Shown here piece after piece: positions 49,666 to 59,694 of a DNA stretch of 64,000 nucleotides. The notes below the pieces were generated by a model. That model was not told the origin of the DNA, searched no databases, and saw only the letters and a program-made list of their open reading frames with translations. The DNA comes from Squalus acanthias (taxonomy: Eukaryota), in the NCBI GenBank assembly GCA_030390025.1, contig CM059432.1:149360001-149424000 (forward strand), read 5' to 3'. The position numbers were made by a program, and so were the translations under genes. Numbering within the stretch: position 1 is the stretch's first letter; each line of letters begins with the position of its first letter.

Positions 49666-50378
49666 GTATTGCCTCCAGATCACTCTTTGATAAATTAATT
49701 AACTGAAAACGAGTGTATAAAATCTCATTTTATAAAAAGAAATTAGAATTTTACTAATTTTTGTGCCCTTGAACAAGAACTTCATAAGCTAGTTCTCTGA
49801 AGTCTGGAATCCTTCTGGTCACTCCTTTCTGAACCCTCTCTAGATCCTTTCTGAGGTTATGGGGACCAAAGCTCCTCGCCATACTGCCGAACTGGCTGCA
49901 CCGTTCATCTGTATGTTGTCAGTATAACTTGTTCTGACTTTTCAATCCAGTACCCTCGGATGAATCTCGGTATCCACTTTGCCTTGTTGATAACTGCTTT
50001 ACTGTGATCAAATTCTTTCAGGGTTTGACGAACGATTGCTCTCGAATCTTTTTAATTTTCACATTTTGCCAGTAGTGCTTCAAAGGAGAGAACCCGTTCA
50101 TGTTTGGTATACATTTCCCGTTACCTGTTCCTGCATGCACTACCCAGCATTTATTCACCTTCAAATCTATCTGCCATATCTCAGCCTATGTGCGTAAATA
50201 GGCCCAAGTCTCTGGGTTCAAGTCCCACTTCAGAGACTTCAGCACATTAATCCAGGCTGACACTTCAGTGCCTGTAGATTCCCGATCGGCGCTCCTGGCT
50301 GGGACTCACCGTGTCGGGAGCACCCATTCGGAAAAGCTGAACCAACGTAATACCAAAGTGTCAGCCGTGGCTCAGTGG

Positions 50379-51200
50379 GTAACACCCTCGCCTCTGAGTC
50401 AGAAGGTTGTGGGTTCAAGTCCTGCTCCAGAGACTTCAGCGCATTAATCCAGGCTGACACTTCAGTGCAGTACTGAAGGAGTGCTGCACTGTCGGAGGTG
50501 CCGTCTTTCAGATTAGACGTTAAACCGAGGCCCTGCCTGCCGTCTCAGGTGGATGTGAAAGATCCCATGACACTATTTGAAGAAGAGTAGGGGTGTACTG
50601 GATAATATTCATCCCTCAACCAACATCACCCAACAGATTGGTCATGAATCTCAAAGCTGGTTGTGGGGACTTGCTTTGCACAAATTGCCTGTCACATTTA
50701 CCTCCATAACACCGATTGCTTACACACCAAAAGTATTTAAATATCTGTAAAGTGCTTTGGAATACAAATGCTTATTGAAACATATAAGATACTGAGGGGG
50801 CTCGACAGGGTAGATGCAGAGAGGATGTTTCCCCTCGTGGGGAAATCTAGAACTCGGGGGCATAGTTTCAGAATAAAGGGTCGCCCTTTTAGAACTGAGA
50901 TGAGGAGGAATTTCTTCTCTCAGAGGTTCGTAAATCTGTGGAATTCTCTGCCCCAGAGAGCTGTGGAGGCTGGGTCATTAAATACATTTAAGGTGGAGAT
51001 AGACAGATTTTTTCAGATAAGGGAGTGAAGGGTTATGGGGAGCGGGCGGGGAAGTGGCTTTGAGCCCAAGATCAGCCATGATCTTATTGAATGGCGGAGC
51101 AGGCTCGAGGGGCCAAGTGGCCTATTCCTGCTCCTATTTCTTATGTTCTTCTGAATATCCTGAGGTGGTGAAAGGCACTATGTGAATGCAAGTACTTTCT
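50379..51200 (+). mobile_element. Deu/SacSINE-like SINE interrupted by a CR1 3' fragment (50768-51150)
   Basis: SINE head tggctcagtggg..gggttcaagtcc. The tail resumes at atcctgaggtggtgaaaggcactatgtgaatgcaag after the CR1 insert (LIETYKILRG..LWNSLP). Confidence 0.8.
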
Positions 51201-51539
51201 TTCTTTCTTTGAAGCTAAGTTCCTTTCAGCAATTTAGCAGAACCACTACAGGCATCCTGTTCCATATCATTGACCAATATTGTAAACAGCGTGTCCCCGA
51301 ATGGATTCCTGTGCTTACGTGGAGAGCTTTCCATTTATCACCGTACTTTGTCTTCTGTTGTTAAGTCAAATCTTAACCATCTGAACAATTCATGAGTTTC
51401 CTACCACCCAACTTCGATAAGCTGGTGGTTAAAGCAGAAAAAGTTAAGAGGAGATTTGATAGAGGAATAAGAGTAATAAGGGTAGGTTGAGAGTAAATAA
51501 GGAGAAAATGTTTCCAGTGGCAGGTGGGTCGGTAATCAG

Positions 51540-51542
<3 letters not shown>

Positions 51543-51605
<63 letters not shown>

Positions 51606-51966
51606 CCCCCCCCCCCCCCTCCCCCCCCCCCCCCCCCCCCTTAGGCAGTCCCTTGGAACCGAGGATGATTTGCTTCCACACTTAAAAATGAGTTCTCAGG
51701 TGACTGATGAGTCCAATGCGGGACCTACAGTCTCTGTCACAGGTGGGGCAGACGGTGGTTGAAGGGGCGGGTGGGTGGGGTGCTTGGGTTGACGTGCGCT
51801 CCTTGCGCTGTTTGCGCTTGGCTTGCGGTTGCTCCCGGCGAAGAGACTCAAGGTGTTCGGCGCCTTCCCGGATGTTTCTCCTCCACTTTGTGCGGTCTTG
51901 GGCCAGGGATTCCCAGGTGTCGGTGGGGATGTTGCACTTTTTCAAGGAGGCTTTGGGGGTGAGGAG
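51543..51966 (-). mobile_element. RTE-clade LINE 3' end with microsatellite tail, inserted in a CR1 fragment
   Basis: KASLKKCNIPTDTWESLAQDRTKWRR..CPTCDRDCRSRIGLISHLRTH (C2H2). 8-bp TSD atcagagg at 51535 and 51967. Confidence 0.85.
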
Positions 51967-53344
51967 ATCAGAGGACACTAGATTTAAGGTAATTGGCAAA
52001 AGAATCAGAGGCGACATGAGGGGGAAAGAATTTGTGTAGCAAGTTGTTATGATCTGGTAGGGAGGTGGAAGCAGATTCAATGGCAAACTTCAAAAGAGAA
52101 TTGGGTAAATACTTTTAAAGGGGAAACATTTGCAGGGCTATGGGGAAAGAGCAGGGGAGTGGGACTAATTGGATAGCTCTACCAACGAGCCAGCACAGGC
52201 ATGATGGGCTGAACTGCCTCCTTCTGTGCTGTGATTCCATGATTCTAACCTTGCCAGCCCCTTGAAAGCAAGTTCTACAGTGGTATTTACCCTGTTTAGA
52301 TCCCCTGATTTACCAGTCTTTTTAATAACTTTCAGGCGTATGCACTTTGAGTAAATATATATTAATATTGGAAAAACAAATTTCCTTGGGAGATGACTAG
52401 CAAGTTTGGACTGTTTGAGAATGAGCTTTAACTAGCTTGGCCTGGTAGATGGATGATTAACCAATTAGCACCTGCGTTACTGAGAAATAGAGTGAATAGT
52501 TAACAGAGTCATCTTCATATGCACATAACTGAGCAGAATAACGTAGAAATATTGTTTTCTTTTATTCTTTACAAAATAAATTTTCCAGTGTACCTTCCAA
52601 ATTAAAAATTATTCTTGCAAATCCTTTAGGTTCTCCATTAGTGATGGGTGACAATTTTCCCGTCTCTGCTTTGACCGCCGCCCTGTTAGCAGATGCACTG
52701 GAGTGGCCAGCCTGGAGTGAAAGGAGGCTCACCACTCGGGTTCCCTTACCTTTGTGGAAATGTCTCTCTTCTACTTGCTATCACCCATGTATACCGTCCC
52801 GAAATCGGTAGCTTGCTGTGTCGGCTATGCAGTTAAACACTATATTTCAGCTCCCTTTTTATGCGTTACACACTGAAAATACATAATGGGGAAAGTACAG
52901 TAATGGGCAAGATTACGTAATCTACCACCAAGGATTTAAAGCAGTGTTGCCCGTCGATAGCACTGCCTAGCCGCAGGTGTGGCTACAGCAACACTGTTTT
53001 AGCCACATGCACTAATTTTAATAGAAAACACCTTACACACAATACAAATAAATGTACTTCACATGCATATTTACTTAACAAATATCTACCACCATTCAGT
53101 GTGAAACTTTGCCACCATTCAGTGTGAAACTTTGCAGTCTTTCTCTTTCACCAAAGTTTGGAGTTCTGGCATGAATTTATCAGACGCAGCATATCTTGGT
53201 GCAACCTCTAGGCTTTTGTCCAACAGTTGCAAGCGGTATTCCGTGATTGCTGAGAATGTTGACTTGCACAATGAGATGCTCCAGACTCGCCCTTGCTCCC
53301 CATCCAGAACGCGGTTGAATGCTGCTTACACTTTGCCATGGCAT

Positions 53345-53762
53345 GCCCTTGCCTCTGAGTCAGAAGGTTGTGGGTTAGAGCCACACTTCAGGGATTTGAG
53401 CACATAATCCAGGCCGACACTCCAGTGCAGTACCGAGGGAGTGCTGCACTGTCGGAGGTGCCGTCTTTCGGATGAGGCGTTAAACTTTCTGACCTTTTGA
53501 ACGGATGTAAAAGATCCCACACCCCTATTTCAAAGAAGAACGGGGAGATCTACCTGGCCAACATTTATCCATCAACCAGCATCACTAAAACAGATTATCT
53601 GGTCATTTATCTCATTGCTGTATGTGGGACCTTGCTGTGCTCAAATTGGCGGCTGTGTTTCCTACATTACAACAGAGACTACACTCCGAAAGTACTTAAT
53701 TGGCTATAAAGGGCTTTGGGTCGTCATGAGGTCGTGAAAGACGCTATATAAATGCAAGTCTG
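53345..53762 (+). mobile_element. Deu/SacSINE-like SINE
   Basis: Same family as 14560 and 50379. Confidence 0.75.
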
Positions 53763-54225
53763 TCTTCTGCTGGCCTGGAGCAGTTATTTTGATTGGTCGG
53801 GCTCCCCCTCCATGTAATGTTGCTGGTGTTACCATGGTGCTGAAGTCCAGCATTTTCACCTGTGTTACTCCATTTTAGCAGATAACCAGTAACCAGTCAC
53901 CAAGGAAGCAAAACACAACGATCAAAAATCACTCGCATTCTTTTTCACCATACCATTTTATTAGCGAACGCACGGAAGGGTTAAAGTCCACGTGCGTACA
54001 CCGTGTGCATATGAGTATTGAGATCATATGCCCAACGACTGTGATCAGTGATTTTTTTTTTAATTTAGCCATCAAAAATGCAAGTAGCCACATCTGGATT
54101 CTCAATTAGCCACTTGTGGCTAACATATTGGACAGCACGGTTTTGGGCATCGCTGACCTGTGATTAGAATTTTAAGTTTTTGTGTGCTTTATATTGATTA
54201 ACGCAAGTTCCTTGTGTATATTTAG

Positions 54226-54425
54226 GAATTTTGAATTTGGCCTCTGGTGTGGTGGATCTTCTCCAGTACTATTTTCCGGAGTCCTTTGATCGCTTGCCGA
54301 GAGACACTGGCCTCTTTGACGGACCAAAACCATCTCTCCTGGAGTCCTGCAGTGTCAGTGACCTGGCTATTTTGCTTAGAGGGAACAAACGGAAATCCCA
54401 GCCAATAGAATTTGGTGCTCATCAG
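54226..54425 (+). CDS. TRANK1: TRANK1 exon: ILNLASGVVDLLQYYFPESFDRLPRDTGLFDGPKP...QPIEFGAHQ
   Basis: atttag| acceptor, CAG|gtttgc donor, phase 1 to 0, continuing motif IV (NYRSHSGILNLA). Confidence 0.96.
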
Positions 54426-54699
54426 GTTTGCATTTATACATCTAATCCTATCGCGTGTATTTGAGTTGCCAAAATCATTCTGAGATCCTCCATGAGGAGG
54501 TTGGAAATAAACCATTTAGACTATGAGTAGAAATTAGTGACCAGTTTAATATATAGAAGATACGCAAAGGGAAACTGGAGATCATAAAGTTTATAGCAAA
54601 TGGCGAGATACTTTTTTTTTGTCTGTAGCATCCCTGGCACAGACAGAAAATCATTGGGAGAACTCGCCTGAATTCCCGATTGTACAGATGCAGAGTAAA

Positions 54700-54988
54700 C
54701 CTTTTGTTTCTTAACTTGTCCCATTATCATCTCCTTTTGCCTTTCACCATCATCCCTTTTGTCTTTTAATCTCTCCTACCTTCCATCCTATCACAGACCT
54801 TCCCTTTTGTTCTTTCCTCCCCTCCCCCCTTTCCCGGCCCCTACACTTGCTTAAAAACCTGTTCCATCTCCAACTTTCTCCAGTTCTGACGAAGGGTCAT
54901 CGACCTGAAACGTTAACTCTGTTTCTCTCTGCACAGATGCTGCCTGACCTGCTGAGTATTTCCAGCATTTTCTGTTTTTATTTCAGAG
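54700..54988 (+). mobile_element. Penelope-associated repeat containing a hammerhead motif
   Basis: ctgacgaagggtcatcgacctgaaacgttaactctgtttctctc...ctgctgagtatttccagcattttctgttttt. Reverse copies lie at about 31909-32040 and 35031-35157. Confidence 0.75.
54882..54918 (+). ncRNA. Minimal type I hammerhead ribozyme motif
   Basis: agtt-CTGACGA-a-gggtc(atc)gacct-GAAA-cgt-t-aact: intact core, helix I agtt/aact, helix II 5 bp, palindromic helix III ACGT. Confidence 0.65.
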
Positions 54989-55582
54989 TAAACCTTTCCT
55001 CTACTCTGCCCCAGCAATGTGTCTCAGCCCCAACCAGAAGAGCAGCCTCGACTGCACCAGTGTGACATTTGCCCATTTCCCAGTCTGAACCCAAGTCCCA
55101 GATGTGCAAGGCCAGTGTCTAACCCACTGCGCCATCCATTTCCCAGACACCTTAAAAAGAGGCAACCCTGTTCACAAGCAGAACCACCATATTCACCAGC
55201 CTCTACACACTTATTGTACTGCCAATTATTTGTGGCGGTCCAAAAGTTAGGAACCTCCTGCAAATTGCAGTGGAAAGAAGGGAATCGAAGACGATTTATA
55301 CTCTTGTTTTATCTGATTTTAATGCTGTTTTTGTGTGGCCCTAATTGAAAATGCAGCCCCAGGTCTGGGGGTAGATCGACTGCTATTGCATGCACTGACG
55401 GGTGAGCTGCCTGAGGTGATCATTTTGGTGATGGGTTCATGTTGCCTTAGCTCCAGTTTGATGCCTGGAACCGAAGTGCCATGATGTGCCCCAGTGCTTC
55501 ATTATAGTTAATCAATGTGTAGACCTACTGCTATGGTTGCATGCACTGGACCACCTTCTCCATTGCACAGTCGCAGGAAATC

Positions 55583-56036
55583 GGGCAACACGGTGGCATA
55601 GTGGTTAGCACTGGTGCCTCACAGCGCCAGGGACCCGGGTTCGAATCTGGCCTCGGGTGACTGTCTGTGTGGAGTTTGCACATTCTCCCCGTGTCTGCGT
55701 GGGTTTCCTCCGGGTGCTCCGGTTTCCTCCCACAGTCCAAAAATGTGCGGGTTAGGTTGATTTGGCTATGATAAATTGACCCTTAGTGTTAGGGGGGGAT
55801 TAAATATGTGGGGTTATGGGGATAGGATAGGAAGGGATATGTTAGGGGGAATTAAATACGTGGGGTTACGGGGATAGGGTGGGATATGTGTCGGTGCAGG
55901 CTCGATGGGGATTCTGTGTGAGAAAGCAGGGACAGGGTACTGGATTTGGATGATCAGCCATGATCGTATTGAATGGTGGAGCAGGCTCGACGGGCCGAAT
56001 GGCCTACTCCTGCTCCTAGTTTCTATGTTTCTATGA
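55583..56036 (+). mobile_element. V-SINE (HE1-like) with CR1/HER1-derived 3' tail
   Basis: tRNA head ggtggcatagtggttagcac...gggttcgaatc, V-domain gtggagtttgcacattctccccgtgtctgcgtgggtttcctccgggtgctccggtttcctccc, and tail ctatgtttctatg. Confidence 0.88.
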
Positions 56037-56205
56037 AACTTTCATATTCGCTGTAAAGGCAGTAAGCTGGTGGAGCAGATCATCCGTCCGTTATAGAACC
56101 ACTTATTGTCGGATCAGCCATATTTGATTTGGCATTCTGACCAGGTGTCCCCTCGAACTTCCCTTTGATTTTGTTCTATAAATGCTGGCAGAGTCTCAGT
56201 TATGC

Positions 56206-56265
<60 letters not shown>

Positions 56266-57129
56266 AGGCAGTCTCGACATTGAGATGTTTCCCATCGTGT
56301 AAGGACCAAGGCAAACATCACTAACTAGCCAAATGGAAGGGTGTGATGCAATCAATCAGTCATCTTCTGGGGAAGAAGCCTGGAGAGTGGACAAGCTGCA
56401 GGCCATTCCAGCTGTTGCCCACAGCTGCTTCCTAGACATCTCAATCAAGTTCCAAATGACAGTATTTACAAGCTGTCACATTGGAGCAATCCTCCCATAT
56501 TTACTAAATAAATGACTGTCTAGATTTAACCTCGGCACACAGATTGCTACTGACAGCTAGTATAGGACTCCTCCACATGTGTCTTCCCCCTTGCTAAATT
56601 TGTATTATTCGTCTGTTCATCTGATGTGTGCAGGATGTGGAATGCAGAAGAAAGGCAGATTACTTCCCGATTAGTATAATTCTTCAAATGACTTTGATGT
56701 TCCACGCACCACAATACCTCCCATTCATCCTCGCAAGGGTATAGCTTGAGAGGTGGGGAGGTGTGGAGAGGCGTTAGTGTTGAGCGATTAGCCAGTTTCA
56801 GTTTAGTTTTGGGTCAGAACAAACTGATGCAATGAATCCAGATCTTGGGACTTAGGAATGAGAAACCGCGTGCAGCACTCCCTGTCCAGTGACGCTTCTG
56901 TGTGTGTTCAGAATGTCGATCCGATCTAGCTAAAGTATATGCTCGTATTTTGGAGCATGTGTACAGTTCGACGAATGAAGAAGACCCCGTCTATATTTTT
57001 ATGGCAGGTAAAAGTGAGATGTGCAAAATGACCAGTGTTGCTGTTGTGTGGTCATCAGCATTGCCCATGTGAAATTGACGGGCAGACCTACTGTTCTTGT
57101 TTTAATTTTTTTAACACGATACATTGCAG

Positions 57130-57267
57130 GTTATTCTGGTCACAAACGAAAAGGCAAAGGATGCAATACCAGAAGAGCTTAACCTGGCCCTGGTCCTAAC
57201 AATATATGAAGCCAAAGGTTTGGAATTCGATGATGTCCTCCTCTACAATTTCTTCACAGATTCTGAG
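57130..57267 (+). CDS. TRANK1: TRANK1 exon, helicase motif V: VILVTNEKAKDAIPEELNLALVLTIYEAKGLEFDDVLLYNFFTDSE
   Basis: ttgcag| acceptor, GAG|gtaaca donor, phase 0-0, UvrD C-terminal motif LTIxxAKGLEFD. Confidence 0.97.
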
Positions 57268-57619
57268 GTAACAGCTCAGAAATGTATTTATTTGGATGAT
57301 GGTCGTCACTATGCTCTTTTTCCAGCTAGTTTTTTTATTTCCCCACCCCCAGTGTGCTGGTCTCTGCTAACCAATCTGAGGTGTGGAGGAGGTTGAGTGC
57401 AAATCAATGTCTCACTGTGACCTTGTACAGCGTGTTGGACCTGCTGTACTGTGCCCCTGCTTTGCAATTAAAAGCTTTTGTAAAAAGCTGTTGAGTTAGT
57501 TTTCCAAGCATATTTTCCACATCAAATCAGTAAAAACATGTTATTATTCTGAATAATTCCAATGGTGTTGGATTTTAAGAAAGGGTGAATTGGCATTGCT
57601 TTCTTTCTTTCTAAAAGGA

Positions 57620-58010
57620 ACAAAGAAAGAAAGGCTTTCACAATCTCGGGACAACCTAAATTGTTTCACAATCATTGAAGTATTTTGCAATCCATGGAAA
57701 AGCAGCAGCCAATTCATGCGCAGCAAACAGCAGTGAAATAAATGACCACATCATCTGTTTCTGGTGGTTTTGGTTGTGGGATAAATATTGGCCAGGAGAC
57801 ACTCCCCCCCCCCCCCCCCCCCCCCCCTCCCCATCTTCCTTTGAATATACCATGGGATCTTTTACATCCGCTCGAGAGGTCAGACAGTTTAACGTCACAT
57901 CTGAAAGTTGGCACCTCCAACAGTTCTACACTGAAGTGTCAGCCTGGATCTTGTGCTCGAGTCCCTGGAGTGGTCCTTGAACCCACAACCTTCTGACTCA
58001 GGCTCGAGCC
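57620..58010 (-). mobile_element. Deu/SacSINE-like SINE
   Basis: Reverse complement of the family (ttgaacccacaaccttctgactcag). Confidence 0.7.
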
Positions 58011-58101
58011 CTGCCACCATGTCATGGTTAACACCTACGACTAGGCCGTACTGGGGGATGAAGCTAACTAATTCCAAGCTACTACCAGTATTCATGTTTT
58101 T

Positions 58102-58265
58102 ATGAGAAGTCGCACAACACCAGGTTATAGTCCAACAGTTCTGAGGAAGGGGCCACGTAAGCTCCGAAAGCTTGTGATTTCAAATAAAACTGTTGGACTA
58201 TAACCTGGTGTTGTGCGACTTCTCATTTTTGTCCACCCCAGTCCAACACCGGCATCTCCGCATCA
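58102..58265. mobile_element. Penelope-like inverted-repeat remnant enclosing a hammerhead core
   Basis: 39-bp perfect arms (58102-58140 / 58188-58226) around CTGAGGA-a-ggggc(cacgtaa)gctcc-GAAA-gctt. tcatgtttttat is duplicated at 58092 and 58263. Confidence 0.75.
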
Positions 58266-58565
58266 TGTTTTTATAAGCTTTGGTTCTTGTAGGCATTATG
58301 TATGACACATGTTTTATATTAATCGCCAGTTAATATGTCTTATTGTGTTCATACACAAGATAGAGGTGCATTTGCTGATTCTGATCATTTTGAGGCAGAT
58401 ATCTTCTGTTGCCTGGTTTAGGGGTGGATCGGTGATGTGTGGGGTAACGTTGACCCCAATATTACTGGGGAGGTTGAGGCTGTGATCAGGAGGGGAGGGG
58501 TCATTCCGCAATCGGGGGAGGGGGAGGCTTTGTGCGCGATCGGGGGAAGCTCTAATCAGGGGCGG

Positions 58566-58697
58566 TGGGGGGGCTGTGGTCTGGGGGAGTGGGGGGGGCT
58601 GTGGTCTGGGGGAGTGGGGGGGGCTGTGGTCTGGGGGAGTGGGGGGGGCTGTGATCTGGGGGAGTGGGGGGGGCTGTGATCTGGGGGAGTGGGAGGG
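58566..58697. repeat. G-rich tandem repeat of about 24 bp (gggggggctgtgrtctgggggagt), about 5 copies
   Basis: Direct reading of the sequence. Confidence 0.9.
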
Positions 58698-58949
58698 AGT
58701 TTCTATGAGAATGGGGGGGGCTGGTGACTCCTGTTATTTTAACTCACCCCCAAACCCGGATTCTGCCAGGTGGGGGCAATTAGAATTGGGGCCGTCGTGT
58801 CTGGATGGAACCGATATGGAGAGCGAGGGGAGTGGAATTAAACTGGGAAGTGAGGAGAGTGGGATTAGTGAATTTTCGCAATGTTTTTGAGTGTTTTTAA
58901 CTGAATTGCCTTGAGGATTGTACTATGTTTTATTTGCTTTTCTCTTCAG

Positions 58950-59090
58950 GCTGATAAGGAATGGAGGGTTATCTCCTCCTTTCAACCTTCGCCACAGTCA
59001 AAAGACAACTATGGGCCGTTACTGGAGCAACCAATAGACAATATTGTTCCACAAACCAGGCCCCTTGAATTCAATGCGGAACTGCACAAG
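58950..59090 (+). CDS. TRANK1: TRANK1 exon: ADKEWRVISSFQPSPQSKDNYGPLLEQPIDNIVPQTRPLEFNAELHK (gene continues beyond the window)
   Basis: tctcttcag| acceptor, AAG|gtaaaa donor, phase 0-0. Confidence 0.92.
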
Positions 59091-59694
59091 GTAAAACTGG
59101 TTTATTCTGTTTTTTGATGTAATTTTTTGTAAAGTCTAAAGGTTTACTCCAATCTATCCTATCAGGTGTGTGTCTGTGTGTCTATAAGGGTTTTCCTACC
59201 TGTTGGGTGACATTTCTAACTGACCTCATTGCTGTTTCTGTTGATGGTGAAGAACTGCCTTTTGTATTGGGTCAACTTCATTTGTAAGAAGCCCCAGGCT
59301 CGGTGGCCATCCAGTCATAGCCAATAGGTGGAAAATCTAACCCCATAATTGTTCCTTATTCATTTAGCCTCCATAGACATATTTTAATCTATCCATGGTT
59401 GGAGAGCACTTCAAATATTTATCCACTTTTCCCTTAAAAGATGTAACCATTTCCACCTCAACCATTTACTGTGACAAACCATTCCTTGTTCCAAAACACT
59501 GCCTTGTCATTTTTCCTAACCCCTCTGCTCATTCTCTTAAATGGTGACCTCTTGTCACTGGCTCCTCAACCAAAGGAAATAGGGTAAACAGAGAAAGAAT
59601 GTCAAAACCCTTCATAATATTAAAAACCTCGATTATATCTTCTCTTTGCCTTCTCTGCTCGAGTGGTAATAATCCAGCATCTCTCATCTTTACA

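Noticed and set aside
46719..49706. Stand-alone 995-aa single-exon helicase gene
   Set aside because: Its ends are intronic read-through. Splice sites at 46791 and 49666 join it in phase to flanking TRANK1 exons.
55583..55655. tRNA gene
   Set aside because: A and B boxes are present but run directly into a V-SINE body and LINE-derived tail. The same applies to the heads at 14560, 21026 and 50379.
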